Below, piece by piece: positions 34,001 to 45,400 of a DNA stretch of 64,000 bases. The first letter of the stretch is position 1, and each line of letters opens with the position of its first letter. The position numbers and the translations under genes are program-made. The notes under the pieces were generated by a model. That model was not told the DNA's origin and ran no database searches. It saw only the letters and a program-made list of their open reading frames with translations. The stretch is from the NCBI GenBank assembly GCA_030295235.1, contig AP026134.1, forward strand, positions 992,001 through 1,056,000, written 5' to 3'. Source of the DNA: Fistulifera solaris (lineage: Eukaryota).

Positions 34001-34993
34001 GTCGTGGAGATACTATCGAGTTGACCCAGAAAGGTCTCATTAAACGCGTCATCGAAGCCACCGACATGGCTGATTGTAATTCTTGCGACCGCCTGCTGAA
34101 AACAAGCCATTGGGAAAAGATTTGGCTGGTGCTGCGTTTGCCGAGTCTTGGAATTATGCTTCGGTTGTCGGAATGTTGCTCTACTTGTCGTCAAACTCTC
34201 GACCGGATATTGCATTTGCTGTCCACCAGTGCGCTCGCTTCACTCATTCGCCACGGCAAAGTCATGCTAAAGCAATCAAGAGAATAGTGCGTTATTTAAA
34301 AGGAACGGCCGATCGTGGTTTGGTGATGTGTCCGACGAAAGAGTTGAAAATTGATTGTTTTGTTGATGCCGACTTTGCCGGATTGTGGGGTGCGGAAGAT
34401 CCTGAAGATCCGATAAGTGTGAAGTCGCGTACTGGTTATATTTTGACGCTCGGCAATTGCCCCCTACTTTGGGTATCGAAGCTACAGTCTGAAATCTCTC
34501 TAAGTACGATGGAGAGTGAATATGTCGCATTGAGTACCGCCATGCGCGATGTTTTGCCGATGCGAAGACTTGTTACTGCTGTTGCTAAGGCTATTACTGG
34601 AGAAGACCAAGTCGAGAGCATTGCCCATTCGGATGTATTTGAAGACAACAATGGAGCTCACTCTTGCTACAATTCAGCGGATGACCCCTCGCTCGAAGCA
34701 CTATGGCACGAAATATCATTTCTTCCGACAACATGTTCAAAGTGGTGAATTGAAAATCAACAAGATTGACACTAAAGAACAGCTTCGCGGATATCATGAC
34801 GAAAGGATTGCCTAGGGAAACGTTTACCTATCTTCGAGACAAGTTAATGGGTTGGGTTGAAAGTGATCCCTCTTCGTCTGAGAGGGAGTGTCACGGAAAT
34901 GCGGATAGCGGGCAGACTACTAGGGACTCAGCCAATATGGCCGCACGACCTAATGCGAATTCCGATCCCCAAATCGGAAGCATCCGAATGTAA
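31095..34993 (+). CDS. pol: Retrotransposon pol: aspartic protease, GAG-pre-integrase, integrase, RT, RNase H (multiple frameshifts)
   Basis: IWDTGA (PR); HFRFVH..CAACMYGK; SMDH/HTDNG/QNAVAERAI (DDE); YSPVVQW, QVDYVNAFAQA, YVDD (RT); VDADFAG, TMESEYVA, FEDN, ADIMTK (RNase H). Confidence 0.9.
34880..34888 (+). other. Polypurine tract GAGAGGGAG
   Basis: Purine run directly abutting the TG start of the 3' LTR. Confidence 0.9.
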
Positions 34994-35339
34994 CCTCTTG
35001 GGCGAGGCCCAAGGGTCTTTGCACGATTTGGGTTGATCGTGAAGGCGTGAAAGGTTTGCAAGCAACGCGATACAAGAATGTTAGAGCCACATACGTGAGC
35101 TCAGAATTTCAAGATAAAACAAGACCTAGTCCGATGGCAGTGACATTCTCGGCGGAACCATCACCCAGTGAGATTCCACCTTGTTCATTTGTCGGATTTG
35201 TAAAGGCTTCATAATATTGTTGTTTGGAAAACTTTGACTGTTTATCGTCTTAGCTCTACCAGATACTTCCTCTTCTGTTGTTGCGAAACGTAGCGACTTG
35301 GTTGACAGAATTTCTGTTTCTGTCCGTCGATACGTGAGA
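34889..35339 (+). repeat. 3' LTR (451 bp)
   Basis: Direct repeat of 28240-28692, followed by the TSD AGCTT. Confidence 0.97.
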
Positions 35340-35445
35340 AGCTTGACGTCATTTCATCGGTCCTGGGCAAATTTACTACTGATTGCGGCGCCCATGTCAT
35401 CGCGTTCTTGATGCCATTCACAGTCGTACTTCATTTTCCTTCAGA

Positions 35446-37991
35446 ATGAGCTTTTCTGGTTTACCTAAAATGAATTCTGCCTTTCGAGTCATTTTATCAT
35501 TGGTTCTTCTTTGCGGAGGATCACATGCCCTACACTCTCCTTTTTCCTATCTGCAAGGTGACAATGACAGCAGTGATGTGGGAAGTACTGCCAGCGATCT
35601 TGGTAACAAGGATGGGTCGCATCCATATCCATTTGTACAGGAACACACAACAAACAGAGTTGGTCTTGTCGATTGGGCGTATCTTCTCGGGAAAAGCTTA
35701 GCACATAAAATTCTAGCGGTTCTCATGCACAGGCCACCCGTCGGTGTGGTAGCTCTCGTACTCGGTACGAGACTATTATTCTCGGGTCGTTTGTTGCATC
35801 TACTGGAAGATGGAGAGTCCAAAGAAGAGACGGGTACCATCAAGAAATATCAAGAAGCATCGACAGGCTTACAGGTGCAATTAGATCCGGAGGATACGGA
35901 ATTTTGCAATTCGGCGGGGGGTCTGGTCGAAGAAGACGCATGCTTTGCTTGGCAGCACTCGAAGAAGTGCTGGAGAAAAGTAACCAACCTGATCCGCTCC
36001 TGCAAGCGACAGTAGATGCTCTCCGCATTAGTATCCGGCAACAGACTAGTTCTCGGATTGACATGACGCAACAATTGATTCAGTCCTTGGCGACGATTGA
36101 AGCACTCACAGGAAAAGGAAGCCTCCGGCTTGCAGTAGACAAATTTGCTACAGCGCAGCATGGCTTTGAGGGGGTCCAAGTTGACATTATTCTAATGGTC
36201 GCCATTCTTTCTATCGAAGCGCTAGCTTTGGATATGTTGATGCGCGCCGCTCGCGACCGGCTACTCAAGGCTACTTACCGTCTTTATAGAACTAAGAACA
36301 AGTGGGATCGACGTGTAAAAGCCATTCAGAAAAACAGATGGACGGACTGGTGGTTCAAGAAGACCAACAAAGGCGGTATCGAATCAGCAATACAACAACT
36401 GACGTTCACGAATGCTTCATTCCGAATAGAAGCAGACCGGTTGGGTCGATTGACGACTGCTATCGTTGAAAGGCCGCTGGTAGATTTGTATGAGGAGCTC
36501 ATCATAAAGATTTTGAAAGCGAGCGAAAAGAAGTCGGGTGTAACTACTAATTCCTTCGATGCACGAAATGGGGGGAAAATGGACAATACGATAGGCACTC
36601 TAGCTAGAAAAAGCATAGTTGCCATTCAGTCAACGTTTCGGCACGAACCGAAACCAGTGCACAAAGGTCAGAGTGGTTTTGAAACTGATTCCGAAATCGA
36701 TGGCTTATCGGCCGCTGCCTCTCTCCAAGAAGTGTACGCGGACGGTATCTGGCTCCGGGAGGCCGAACGATGGGTGGAAACTTCGAGAGGAACATTGTAC
36801 GACAGTGTCGTTGGCGTTTTACAAAGTAGCAGCTCGAAATCGGGTACCACAGATTTATCCCGTGAAACAGTTCTCACAGAACAAGCGTTTGTTTCGATTG
36901 CTGATTCTTGGCGAAGACAAGAACAAAAGAGCGATATCAGTCGGCTAAAGATCGAATGGGAAACTGTTTGTGAATATGTCGACTCTCTGGCGAGCTTTCA
37001 GCGAGTGGGTGCCCTTCATCCTATCGGATCAAAGATATGTTGAAAGACTGGTGGTGGTACTCGAAGAAGTCTCTGGACTTTTTAGGGATTCCATCATACT
37101 TGCTGTCACTGCTGCTGGCGAACAACGTACACGTTCGTTTGAAACCTTATTGGCCAGAATTTCGGCGGCAAACTCTTCAGCTTGCTCATACCGTGTACGG
37201 AATATTTATTATCCGCGTCTGGATCCCTTTGAAAGGTATCATAGATGATGTAATGAATCGCAGCGAAGGAATGATGGCGGCATTCAGCCTGAAAGATGAA
37301 GAGATAACGTTGGATCACATGCTACAAGACATTGGTTGCGGAGATGGGACTCCTGCTGCTCGGACTTTAGCACTTCATGCTGCAACCGAGAAGTACGAGC
37401 GCAGCTTTGAAGATGGGTCAATGCTATGGAACTTTGCATCAGGGAAGATGGTCCGTCTCTTACTTGTTCAAGTGCAACAGCTCAAAGTTGGAATGTTATC
37501 TGCGTTGGATACAATTGACGTCCTCATCCAAGGGAACCGGATTCACTTTCAAATTCTGGCCGCAATCCCAGCAGTGTGGGCGTTCACGTACGGTACCAGG
37601 CTTTTTGTGAGGGGGGCTGTACAATGTACGAGCAAAAGATCTGAGACCGGTGACTGCGGTTCACGCAGATATGGCCTTGATTATAGACAAGATGGAAATG
37701 CTTCTTTTACGAGCAGCATCGGATGTCGATTCGACCTCGCTGACGGATGCAGAAATTGGTGAATTTACACTTCATATGTACCGATATCTGGTTTTGCTCG
37801 ACTACGGAAGGCCGACGTTTTCCCCATTAGTGTGCGATCAAATCCACCATATGCTTCAGCAGCTTCTTGTGTGGCTTATTCAAAAAAGATCAACGATTAC
37901 TGACCAAGTGACGAAGCCAAGTGTCGGATGGGAATTTAAGGCGTTACAATTTATTCAGACGAGGCACCAGGGACTTTCTAAGAAGCTATAG
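35446..37991 (+). CDS. NCA2/DGS1-family protein; frameshifts near 35900, 37030 and 37613
   Basis: The C-terminal block RVWIPLKGI..L..ML.D...MVRLLLVQVQQLKVGMLSALDTIDVLIQGNRIHFQILAAIPA matches the NCA2 pattern. Four abutting ORFs; start may be 35446 or 35470. Confidence 0.75.
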
Positions 37992-38049
37992 GACATGTGA
38001 TGCGATTTCGTCAGACCATTGTAACTCTATTTTGAACAAAACGATAGTT

Positions 38050-38691
38050 TTAGAGGTCTGGATCGACGTTAATGCCTAAGGAAAATGATGCGGGCGCGAA
38101 CTGGAAGAAATTAGAAGTTGGTGTACAGTTGGGAGTAGTGGTTGGCAGCCGATCAGACGGACTGGACTCATCATCCAGAACAGCCCATGGGTTACTCGTC
38201 TGAATCACTTCTTCAGGGGACCACGCCGGTGGCGTCTCTGGTCGAAGTAAAGCACTTCCTAGAGAATTCATCGTTCGCGTCTCACCAATCCCCTCTAGTT
38301 TCTGGACTTTCGAAACAACTTCTTGTACAAGTTGTGATGTTGTTTTTTCTGAATCTTTAACTGCGAATGTGGCGGGCTGTGCTGTCAGGTCGAGTAACTT
38401 TTTTGCTGATGTCGTTGGTTTGCCTTTGTTCCGTCGCGATTGCCTAGTACCTTTCTTGTTTCGCTTCCATTCAACTGTCATTTCACGCTCAACTAAAGAA
38501 GCTTGTAGTCTCTTGAATTCCTTCTGTTCATCGTCGACCTTTTTTGCTTTGGGATTAATAGCGGTTTTGACAGCTTGTACTGTAAAATTCTTGCCAGCAT
38601 TACCTATTTTTCCGTTTGTGTTTCTCGATAGAACTTTTGTGGCCGATTTGGCTTGTTTTTTCTTAGCTATTGTCGACTTACGTTTGCCCAT
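38050..38691 (-). CDS. Basic Lys-rich protein of unknown function
   Basis: 213-aa ATG-initiated ORF with NLS-like ends, NPWAVLDDE and FQFAPASF motifs. Confidence 0.65.
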   Translation of the reverse strand: MGKRKSTIAKKKQAKSATKVLSRNTNGKIGNAGKNFTVQAVKTAINPKAKKVDDEQKEFKRLQASLVEREMTVEWKRNKKGTRQSRRNKGKPTTSAKKLLDLTAQPATFAVKDSEKTTSQLVQEVVSKVQKLEGIGETRTMNSLGSALLRPETPPAWSPEEVIQTSNPWAVLDDESSPSDRLPTTTPNCTPTSNFFQFAPASFSLGINVDPDL

Positions 38692-39092
38692 TGCTTAACC
38701 ATGAAAGCAAAAGCGATAAATACAATACGGGCAGATGTAGCGTTGTTACTATAAGGCGATGATACTTGTAATTATTCGGCTTTCTTCGATCACTTACTTA
38801 CGAAAGAAAAAAGTGGCGCTGGGCGTTTTCGTTCATGGCTGACAACTTTGCGGTCGGTCCTTCCCTCCAGTCGGTATTCACTGCGACACTCACGTACAGA
38901 CATAAACTAAGGAGACACGGGAACGCACCTCTGCTTGGTACATTTCTCTACGGGGGTCTACGTGAAAGTACACAATTTCCCTCACCTTCCAAGCTTCACC
39001 TTCAACAAAGTGAAAAATTCTAAATTCTACTTTATTACTCTCCTAAAGGCTAGCAAAATAGAACCTATATGCGTCGACACGAACTTTTCCGT

Positions 39093-39984
39093 CTACTTAA
39101 CTGCGATTGCTTTGATGGTCTGTTTTAAGAATGCTACATCTCCGGGCTGTAAACGAATCGTTCGATCTGTCAAGATTCCTGGTTCAACGCAAACGAACTC
39201 TTCATGCGCACCATCGTGCATGTCCGACATTGCTTGCGCCTTCTCCTTTCCTGGATTCCACACAACACAAGATATAGCGTTTGAACCTTCGGCCGTGATA
39301 TATAATTTTCGTTGCGGCGTCACCAATTGAACGTGTGCACCAGTCTTTTCCTCAGAAGGATGGTAAACACGGTCAGTCTCGCCGCTTATGACTACAGGTT
39401 CACCCACGGGCTGTACGTAGCCGCTCTCTTGTGTCACTTTATCGACAATGGAATAACGGTCCAGTCCTTCGATAAAAGTTCGTGAATTATCGTGGGCAGC
39501 CTTCTCGGAAACTGTAAAGTAGCTATGAAGGAGTGCTTCCATGTCGAACACCGCCTTGCCCGTGTTTTGAGCTGTTAAAGTGGTGACGAGATGATCTGTA
39601 CCGAGACTGACGTCGTATTTGAGTAACACATCGATTCCATTCTTAACGACTTCCTCGATACTCCAAGGATTGTGTTCCCCTCGCCCTGCCGTAACATCAG
39701 CGAGACGTAAAGTGTATGATGCAGTGGTCTCCGTGCTCTCAATAAGTTCCCAATGGTTCACACGAGCGAATCCCGTGCTGCGGCATAGTGGATGGAGCCG
39801 TGGAAGGACCGAAGACAGGAAAGACGAGAGGGATGCCTCCTCGAATAGCTTTGCTTCCGTCCAGTATTGCATCGTTCGATAAAAACAAGTGCTCTTGGTC
39901 CGTTGCAAAAGAAATTACTGTGGCGCCGAAGGAGTGAATTTTGCAAGAGGATCCGGACGAATGTCGAAGTGTTGTAATTGTCAT
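39093..39984 (-). CDS. Glucose-6-phosphate 1-epimerase (aldose 1-epimerase family); frameshift near 39770
   Basis: GATVISF, KAIRGGIPLVFPVFG, QHG(F)AR, LLHSYF, ETDRVY, VVWNPG, FVCVEPG. Confidence 0.9.
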
Positions 39985-40436
39985 GTTTGTAGTAAAAGAA
40001 TTCAAGGGTACCGAATTTGCTGTTGATTAGTCGAAATACTATTCAAACAGATTAAAGCAATACGTAGACAATGCTTAAAATAAGCATTAGTTTGTAAGTT
40101 TGCGATGTAGCTATTGTGCATGCTTTGATGCCTTTTATCATCATACCAGGTAACGTTGTTGCAGACGGAAATTCTACAGAAATCTGAACACGCATTGTAA
40201 AACTGACGGAAATTCTGTCAGATTGAATGTATCACCGTCGTGTTCATTGCCGTATCTCGTCACTCCTCTCACTTCGCAGTCTTCACCGTTCGACTTCATT
40301 CGACAAAGTTCCGCACGGCATTACAATTTGAGACTACCAGTTTTATTTTCAAAAAGTCCTACCAGTATCCGATCTTTCTTTGTCAAAAGGTTTGCATTAA
40401 AGCGATCGGTCAGTCGACGCATTTCATTTCGCAGAC

Positions 40437-41794
40437 ATGACGGAACACAACGAACAAGACGGTACCGGTACCGTTAGCGGACTGGAAGAAGCAATCGGGC
40501 TCATTTTCGCGAATAGTTTTGATGCCGAAAGTAAAGTCTGTCTCATCACGCTCATGAAAATCATCGATAATATACTTCAAAAGCCGGGCGATTCCAAAGT
40601 AAGAACAATCCGGTTGCAGAATGCTGCGTTTGCAAGCAAAGTGGGCTCGCGAAAAGGAGGCATAGAGTTTCTTTTGGCTTGTGGATTCGAACGGTCGCTA
40701 GCGCCAGCACCTCTTCTTGCTAATATTAAATCAGGGGAAGAACAGCTTGTGCTCAAAGATGATCGCCAATCGCGCTTACTAGCTGCTCGGCGTATACTTA
40801 CAGTTCGGGCTGTACAAGACTTGGGAATGAAAGCAGAAGAGTTGCCCGAATATCGAGAACCGCCGGTGATCAGTCTTAACAGCGGCGCTCCTTCTGCGGC
40901 AGAATTCAATCCGTACGTCGGTCATCGCTTCGACGCCCAATCAATGGCTGTTGGTGCTAATTTAGGACCCGATCAAAACTATGTATCGAAAACAGACTCA
41001 GAGCTACAGAAGCTACTGGAAAAACAAGCCAAGTTGGAGGCTCAACGACAAAAGATCAATCCTGAATGGCGTGCGTTTCGGCCAGACGAGTCCGTAAATA
41101 TTTCAGCTTCAGCTTCAGCTTCATCACCTGCAGAAATAGGTCCGTCGTCGAACATTTTAGGACCGTCAGATTCATCCCTTCTAGCGGAACGAATGAAGAA
41201 GCAACAGCAAGACAGATTGCAGAGAGAACAAGGGGGTTTTACGACAAAAGCGATGCGAGACTTGGAGAAATTGAAAAAAGAGAAAGTGTATAGTCATGTT
41301 ACCTTGACGGTGCAATTTCCTGATGGATACAAACTAGTGGGAAAGTTCGTTCCTTCCGACAAAATAAAGCTGGTTCTGGGATCTATACAACAGCAGTGCT
41401 TGACGATTCAAAATGATTTTGATTTATACATTACACCGCCTCGTCGTCTCCTTTTGCCAGCCCGGACATTGAAGCAAGAGGATCTTGTTCCAGCAGCAAA
41501 AGTGTCTGTTAGCTGGAAACAAAGTCCTCCGCAAGCGCCTTATCTCGATGAAAGTCTTTTTGAGGTATTAAAACCTATTTCTTTCCCCGAGTCGAAATCG
41601 ATCATAGATGAATCTAAAACTAAAAGTGCTGGATCGTTGAGCGATCAAGGCGCTGCAAAATCAACCAAAAGTGCCGCTGATCGAGAGAGCGCTTTGCTGA
41701 GTAAAATGATGGGGGTGCAAAGTCTATTCTCGGAAGTGGCACGAAGAAGGATCCTTCATCAACGAGCAAGAAACCGAAGTGGTTCAAATCATAG
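40437..41794 (+). CDS. PUB-UBX domain p97/Cdc48 cofactor (UBXN6-like); terminal frameshift at G-run near 41712
   Basis: PUB: KIIDNILQKP...KVRTIRLQNAAF...GGIEFLLACGF. UBX: LTVQFPDGY.L.GKF, FDLYITPPRR, LVPAA. The corrected end reads KKPKWFKS*. Confidence 0.85.
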
Positions 41795-42495
41795 AAAACC
41801 GTTTATACTTTTACTCCGATCGACTTCGGCGCGTCGACCGCTTGTACTTGTAGACTAATGCAGTCGCTCATCGTCCTAGGTCGTTTAGAAATTAGCAGCG
41901 GAAAGGAAACCCTTTGCGACACTCGTTGTTAGAGTCAAGTTGGGCAAATGATGCTAATAGTAACCACTTGCATGCAACACTTTGGCCTATACTCGATATG
42001 AAAGACAAGCTTTATAAAAATTTATCAAAAACAACAAAGATGTGCGTTGCAAATAAACGATGATGATTTGCTTGCAGCAAGGTATTGTTGATACAACAAC
42101 TTTCTCGCGGTACCAGGTACGGTACCGTTCCTGGTACCCGGTACAAGTACCAAAGGATATACTCCTTTGCAAGTACCGTGGCAATTTCGCATTCCGCTCT
42201 ACAAAGTACGTAGAAATAAACACGCTAGGCTAAACGGTACTCGCTGCTTAGTGTATTTTGTGACCCTGAGACAATATCACGGATCTCTTAAAAATTCGGT
42301 GTCGTTCCGTGAAAAAATAAGTTTTGGTTGTCAATGTGGAAGGATGTTTTTACCACCCACGCCATTTCATGCAAATCAATCGATGTTTTATTGCATTCAA
42401 ATAGAAACCATCGCACAAAGATAGTTAGAAACTTCGTTTTAATCCGAACAAAGATTCATCGGCTTGAGAGATTGTTTCGCAACGAAAAGTGCTCT

Positions 42496-45400
42496 ATGTT
42501 TTCACGAACGGGACCGACAATGACAACACACACCTCAAGTGACGACGAATCAGCGGAAATGAATAGAGTCCGTAAACGGCTCCGGCAGCAGCAACGTAAT
42601 GAAGATGATATGCCTGTTGCAGAGTCTTCAGACTCTTCTATAGTGTCACAAGCGTCCAAGGAGTTGGGCCCACACAATGTACCTTCAGGTGCACATATTA
42701 GATCGAAACCAAGTCCATCGTCAGACGATCAGCAAACCTCGTCAGCGATACAACTCCTTGCTTTTGAAAACCCACAGTGGCAAGGGCAATCAGCAAAAAA
42801 GAATATCGATGACGGCAAGATTTCGTCTACAAACGGATATCAAAAGAATTATCCTCGTGCATTCTTGCCGATCCCGCTCCGTGCGATTCGAGCAATTTGG
42901 GTGACCATTTATCATTTCTTGAAGATAGCGAAGCTCTGGATGAGCTTGACCGACATGTCGAAGCGTCCCTTGAAGCAAAAAGTACGATGAATCAGGTCCC
43001 GCAAGAAGTCGCTGGTGCAGCAGATTGTCGGTTGAGAGATTGTCCATTGCAAACGACTACGGGAGAAATACAGCTCTTGGAATCGAATTACGATAGCAGT
43101 TTGCTGGTAGATGAAGAAATACCTCGTGGGCTTGATCGGGAGGTTGGAATTACGACAAAACCTTCAAACAAAACCCTCTTCAAGCAGCCCACCGTCGAAC
43201 AATTGAAGGCCCAGAAAAAACCTCAATCCGAGCCTTTCCATTCAAGTGACTCTGATCCATCTGACCGCGAAACGAAGAATATCCTGCTGGAGACCAGTCG
43301 TTTTTCCGTTTACACCAAAACGGTTCGAGCTTGCTATGATGACTGTGATAGCAGCGACCCAGGGACCGATGTCAAGAAGAGCCAACGAGTGGCCACGAAA
43401 CGCAAGCGAACACATCAGAAGAAGGCCATCTCGCACAATGGAACTAACGAGAAAAAGCTTAAGGAGTTGCCTCGATCGAGGCCAAAGCAGCAACGCCAAG
43501 CCGAGAGAGGGCATACGCTTCAATCAAATATTCACTCTGGTCCAAAAACCGACCCATCAAGTCGTGGTCCTCTTGTCGGTACCACAGAAGAAGGAGACGC
43601 AAGTAGCGAAGATAGCTTCGGATTCTTTAACGAGGATGAAATAAACAAGATTGAAGAGCGGGTAAGGTCCGAGCAGATGAAACGTTCATCGCTGGTAAAC
43701 GGGGATACGTTTCACGTATCTTCATTTTCAAAAGCGGAGACAAAGCAGATCGAAGCAAACTTTGCTGATCAAATTGTCAATCAAGGATCACAGAGCAAGG
43801 CTTTTGACATCGCCATCTCACAACCACAGGACGATATTATTGACAGAACTGTTCATCGCGACGAAAGCAACTTCAACCACGCTTTTGGTTTTCAAGAGGT
43901 ACCCTACATCCCAGAATATTTCCCATCACAAACGTCACAAACGAGTGACGATGTCGGATCTTCTGAAAATACGATTTTGTGTTCGTTGGAGAGGCATCTA
44001 TATCACGATCAATCCAGCTTTGATAGCATTGAGACAGATGAACGCATTTCGGAAATCGACCCGAAACTGTATGCCCCCACCCTGCCAAAGAAGATTCATC
44101 CTCCAATCGTACACCGATTTTCGTTAGTGAACCGACCCCTTGCATCACGACGACGAGTTCCAGTTGAACAAGTATTTCCTCAGCCAGTCGGTTTATTGTG
44201 GCGAACAAATTTTTCAGCTTTCAACCAAATGCAGTCTGAGCTTGCGAATGTCGTCGCGTATAGTGATGACAATATCGTTGTATCAGCTCCTACAGGAGCT
44301 GGTAAGACAGCGCTATTCGAAATGGCAATGGCCCGGTTCTTTACACTTAACCTCCAGCGACAGATTCGTAAACTTGATGAGCGGCACCACGTCGACAAAT
44401 CACAGAAAATAGTATACGTTTCGCCAAGCAAGGCACTCTGCGACGAACGGTACGTGGACTGGACAACCAGATTAGGTAGCATGAACTTGGGAATTCAAGT
44501 AGCCTTGATAACTGGCGACGGTGATCCAAGCGCTTCGTATAAGGATCTTGCAAATGCAAATGTCGTCCTAACGACACCCGAAAAATGGGACAGTCTTACA
44601 CGTCGATGGACAGAAAACTTCTTTTTGTTCGCTTCGGTAAAACTCTTTCTTGTTGATGAAGTGCATCTTGTTGCGGATGATTCTCGTGGGTGGTGTCTTG
44701 AAACAATTATTTGTCGAATGAAAACGATTCAAATTGCCGCGCAACGAATAAGCGTGACTCAAATTGAATTGCAGCATAGCAGGTGAGTTACATTTCCGCC
44801 CTCGTCGATTGAGTACTATTTCTGACCATGTTGCTTCTGCAGTTACAACAACACAACGCCTGAAGCGATAAATGCCTCCATGAGAACGGTGGCTGTTTCC
44901 GCCACTCTCCCCAACCTTGAAGATATTGCGACTTTCGTCGAAGCCAATGAAGCCCACTCCTTTGACGAATCTTACCGGCCTGTCCCGCTGACTGTACATG
45001 TCATAAGCCAAGGATATGTCGGTGATAGTAGCGGAAACCAGTTTCGCTTTTGGTCGGGATTAGATCGCAATATCCCAGACTTAATTCATCGGTTCTCGCA
45101 GAAGAAGCCATCGCTGGTATTTTGTCACAGTAAAGCTGATACCGAAAAATTGACTGAGTTGCTGGCCGTCGAGCGAGGCATTGGCTGTCGAAGCGATATG
45201 AATTCGCACCTGGCGGGTCAGACAAAAGACACAAGACTGCAAAGAGCCCTATTCTATGGTCTGGCATATCACCATGCTGGTCTGGAGGCTGAAGATCGTC
45301 ACCTTGTCGAAAAATGTTTTGCCGAAGGGAAAATCAGAGTACTTTGTGCAACCTCGACGCTAGCCATGGGAGTGAATCTTCCTGCTCATTTGGTTATCAT

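Larger units (their letters stand above)
28240..35339 (+). mobile_element. Full-length Ty1/Copia LTR retrotransposon (CoDi-like), 7100 bp, 5-bp TSD AGCTT (28235-28239 and 35340-35344)
   Basis: Paired LTRs, TSD, PBS and PPT. Domain order gag-PR-INT-RT-RNaseH is diagnostic of Copia. Confidence 0.97.

Noticed and set aside
34857..34993. Pol reading through the PPT about 105 nt into the 3' LTR
   Set aside because: Given the indel rate in this element, the missing stop after LMGW cannot be distinguished from an assembly error.
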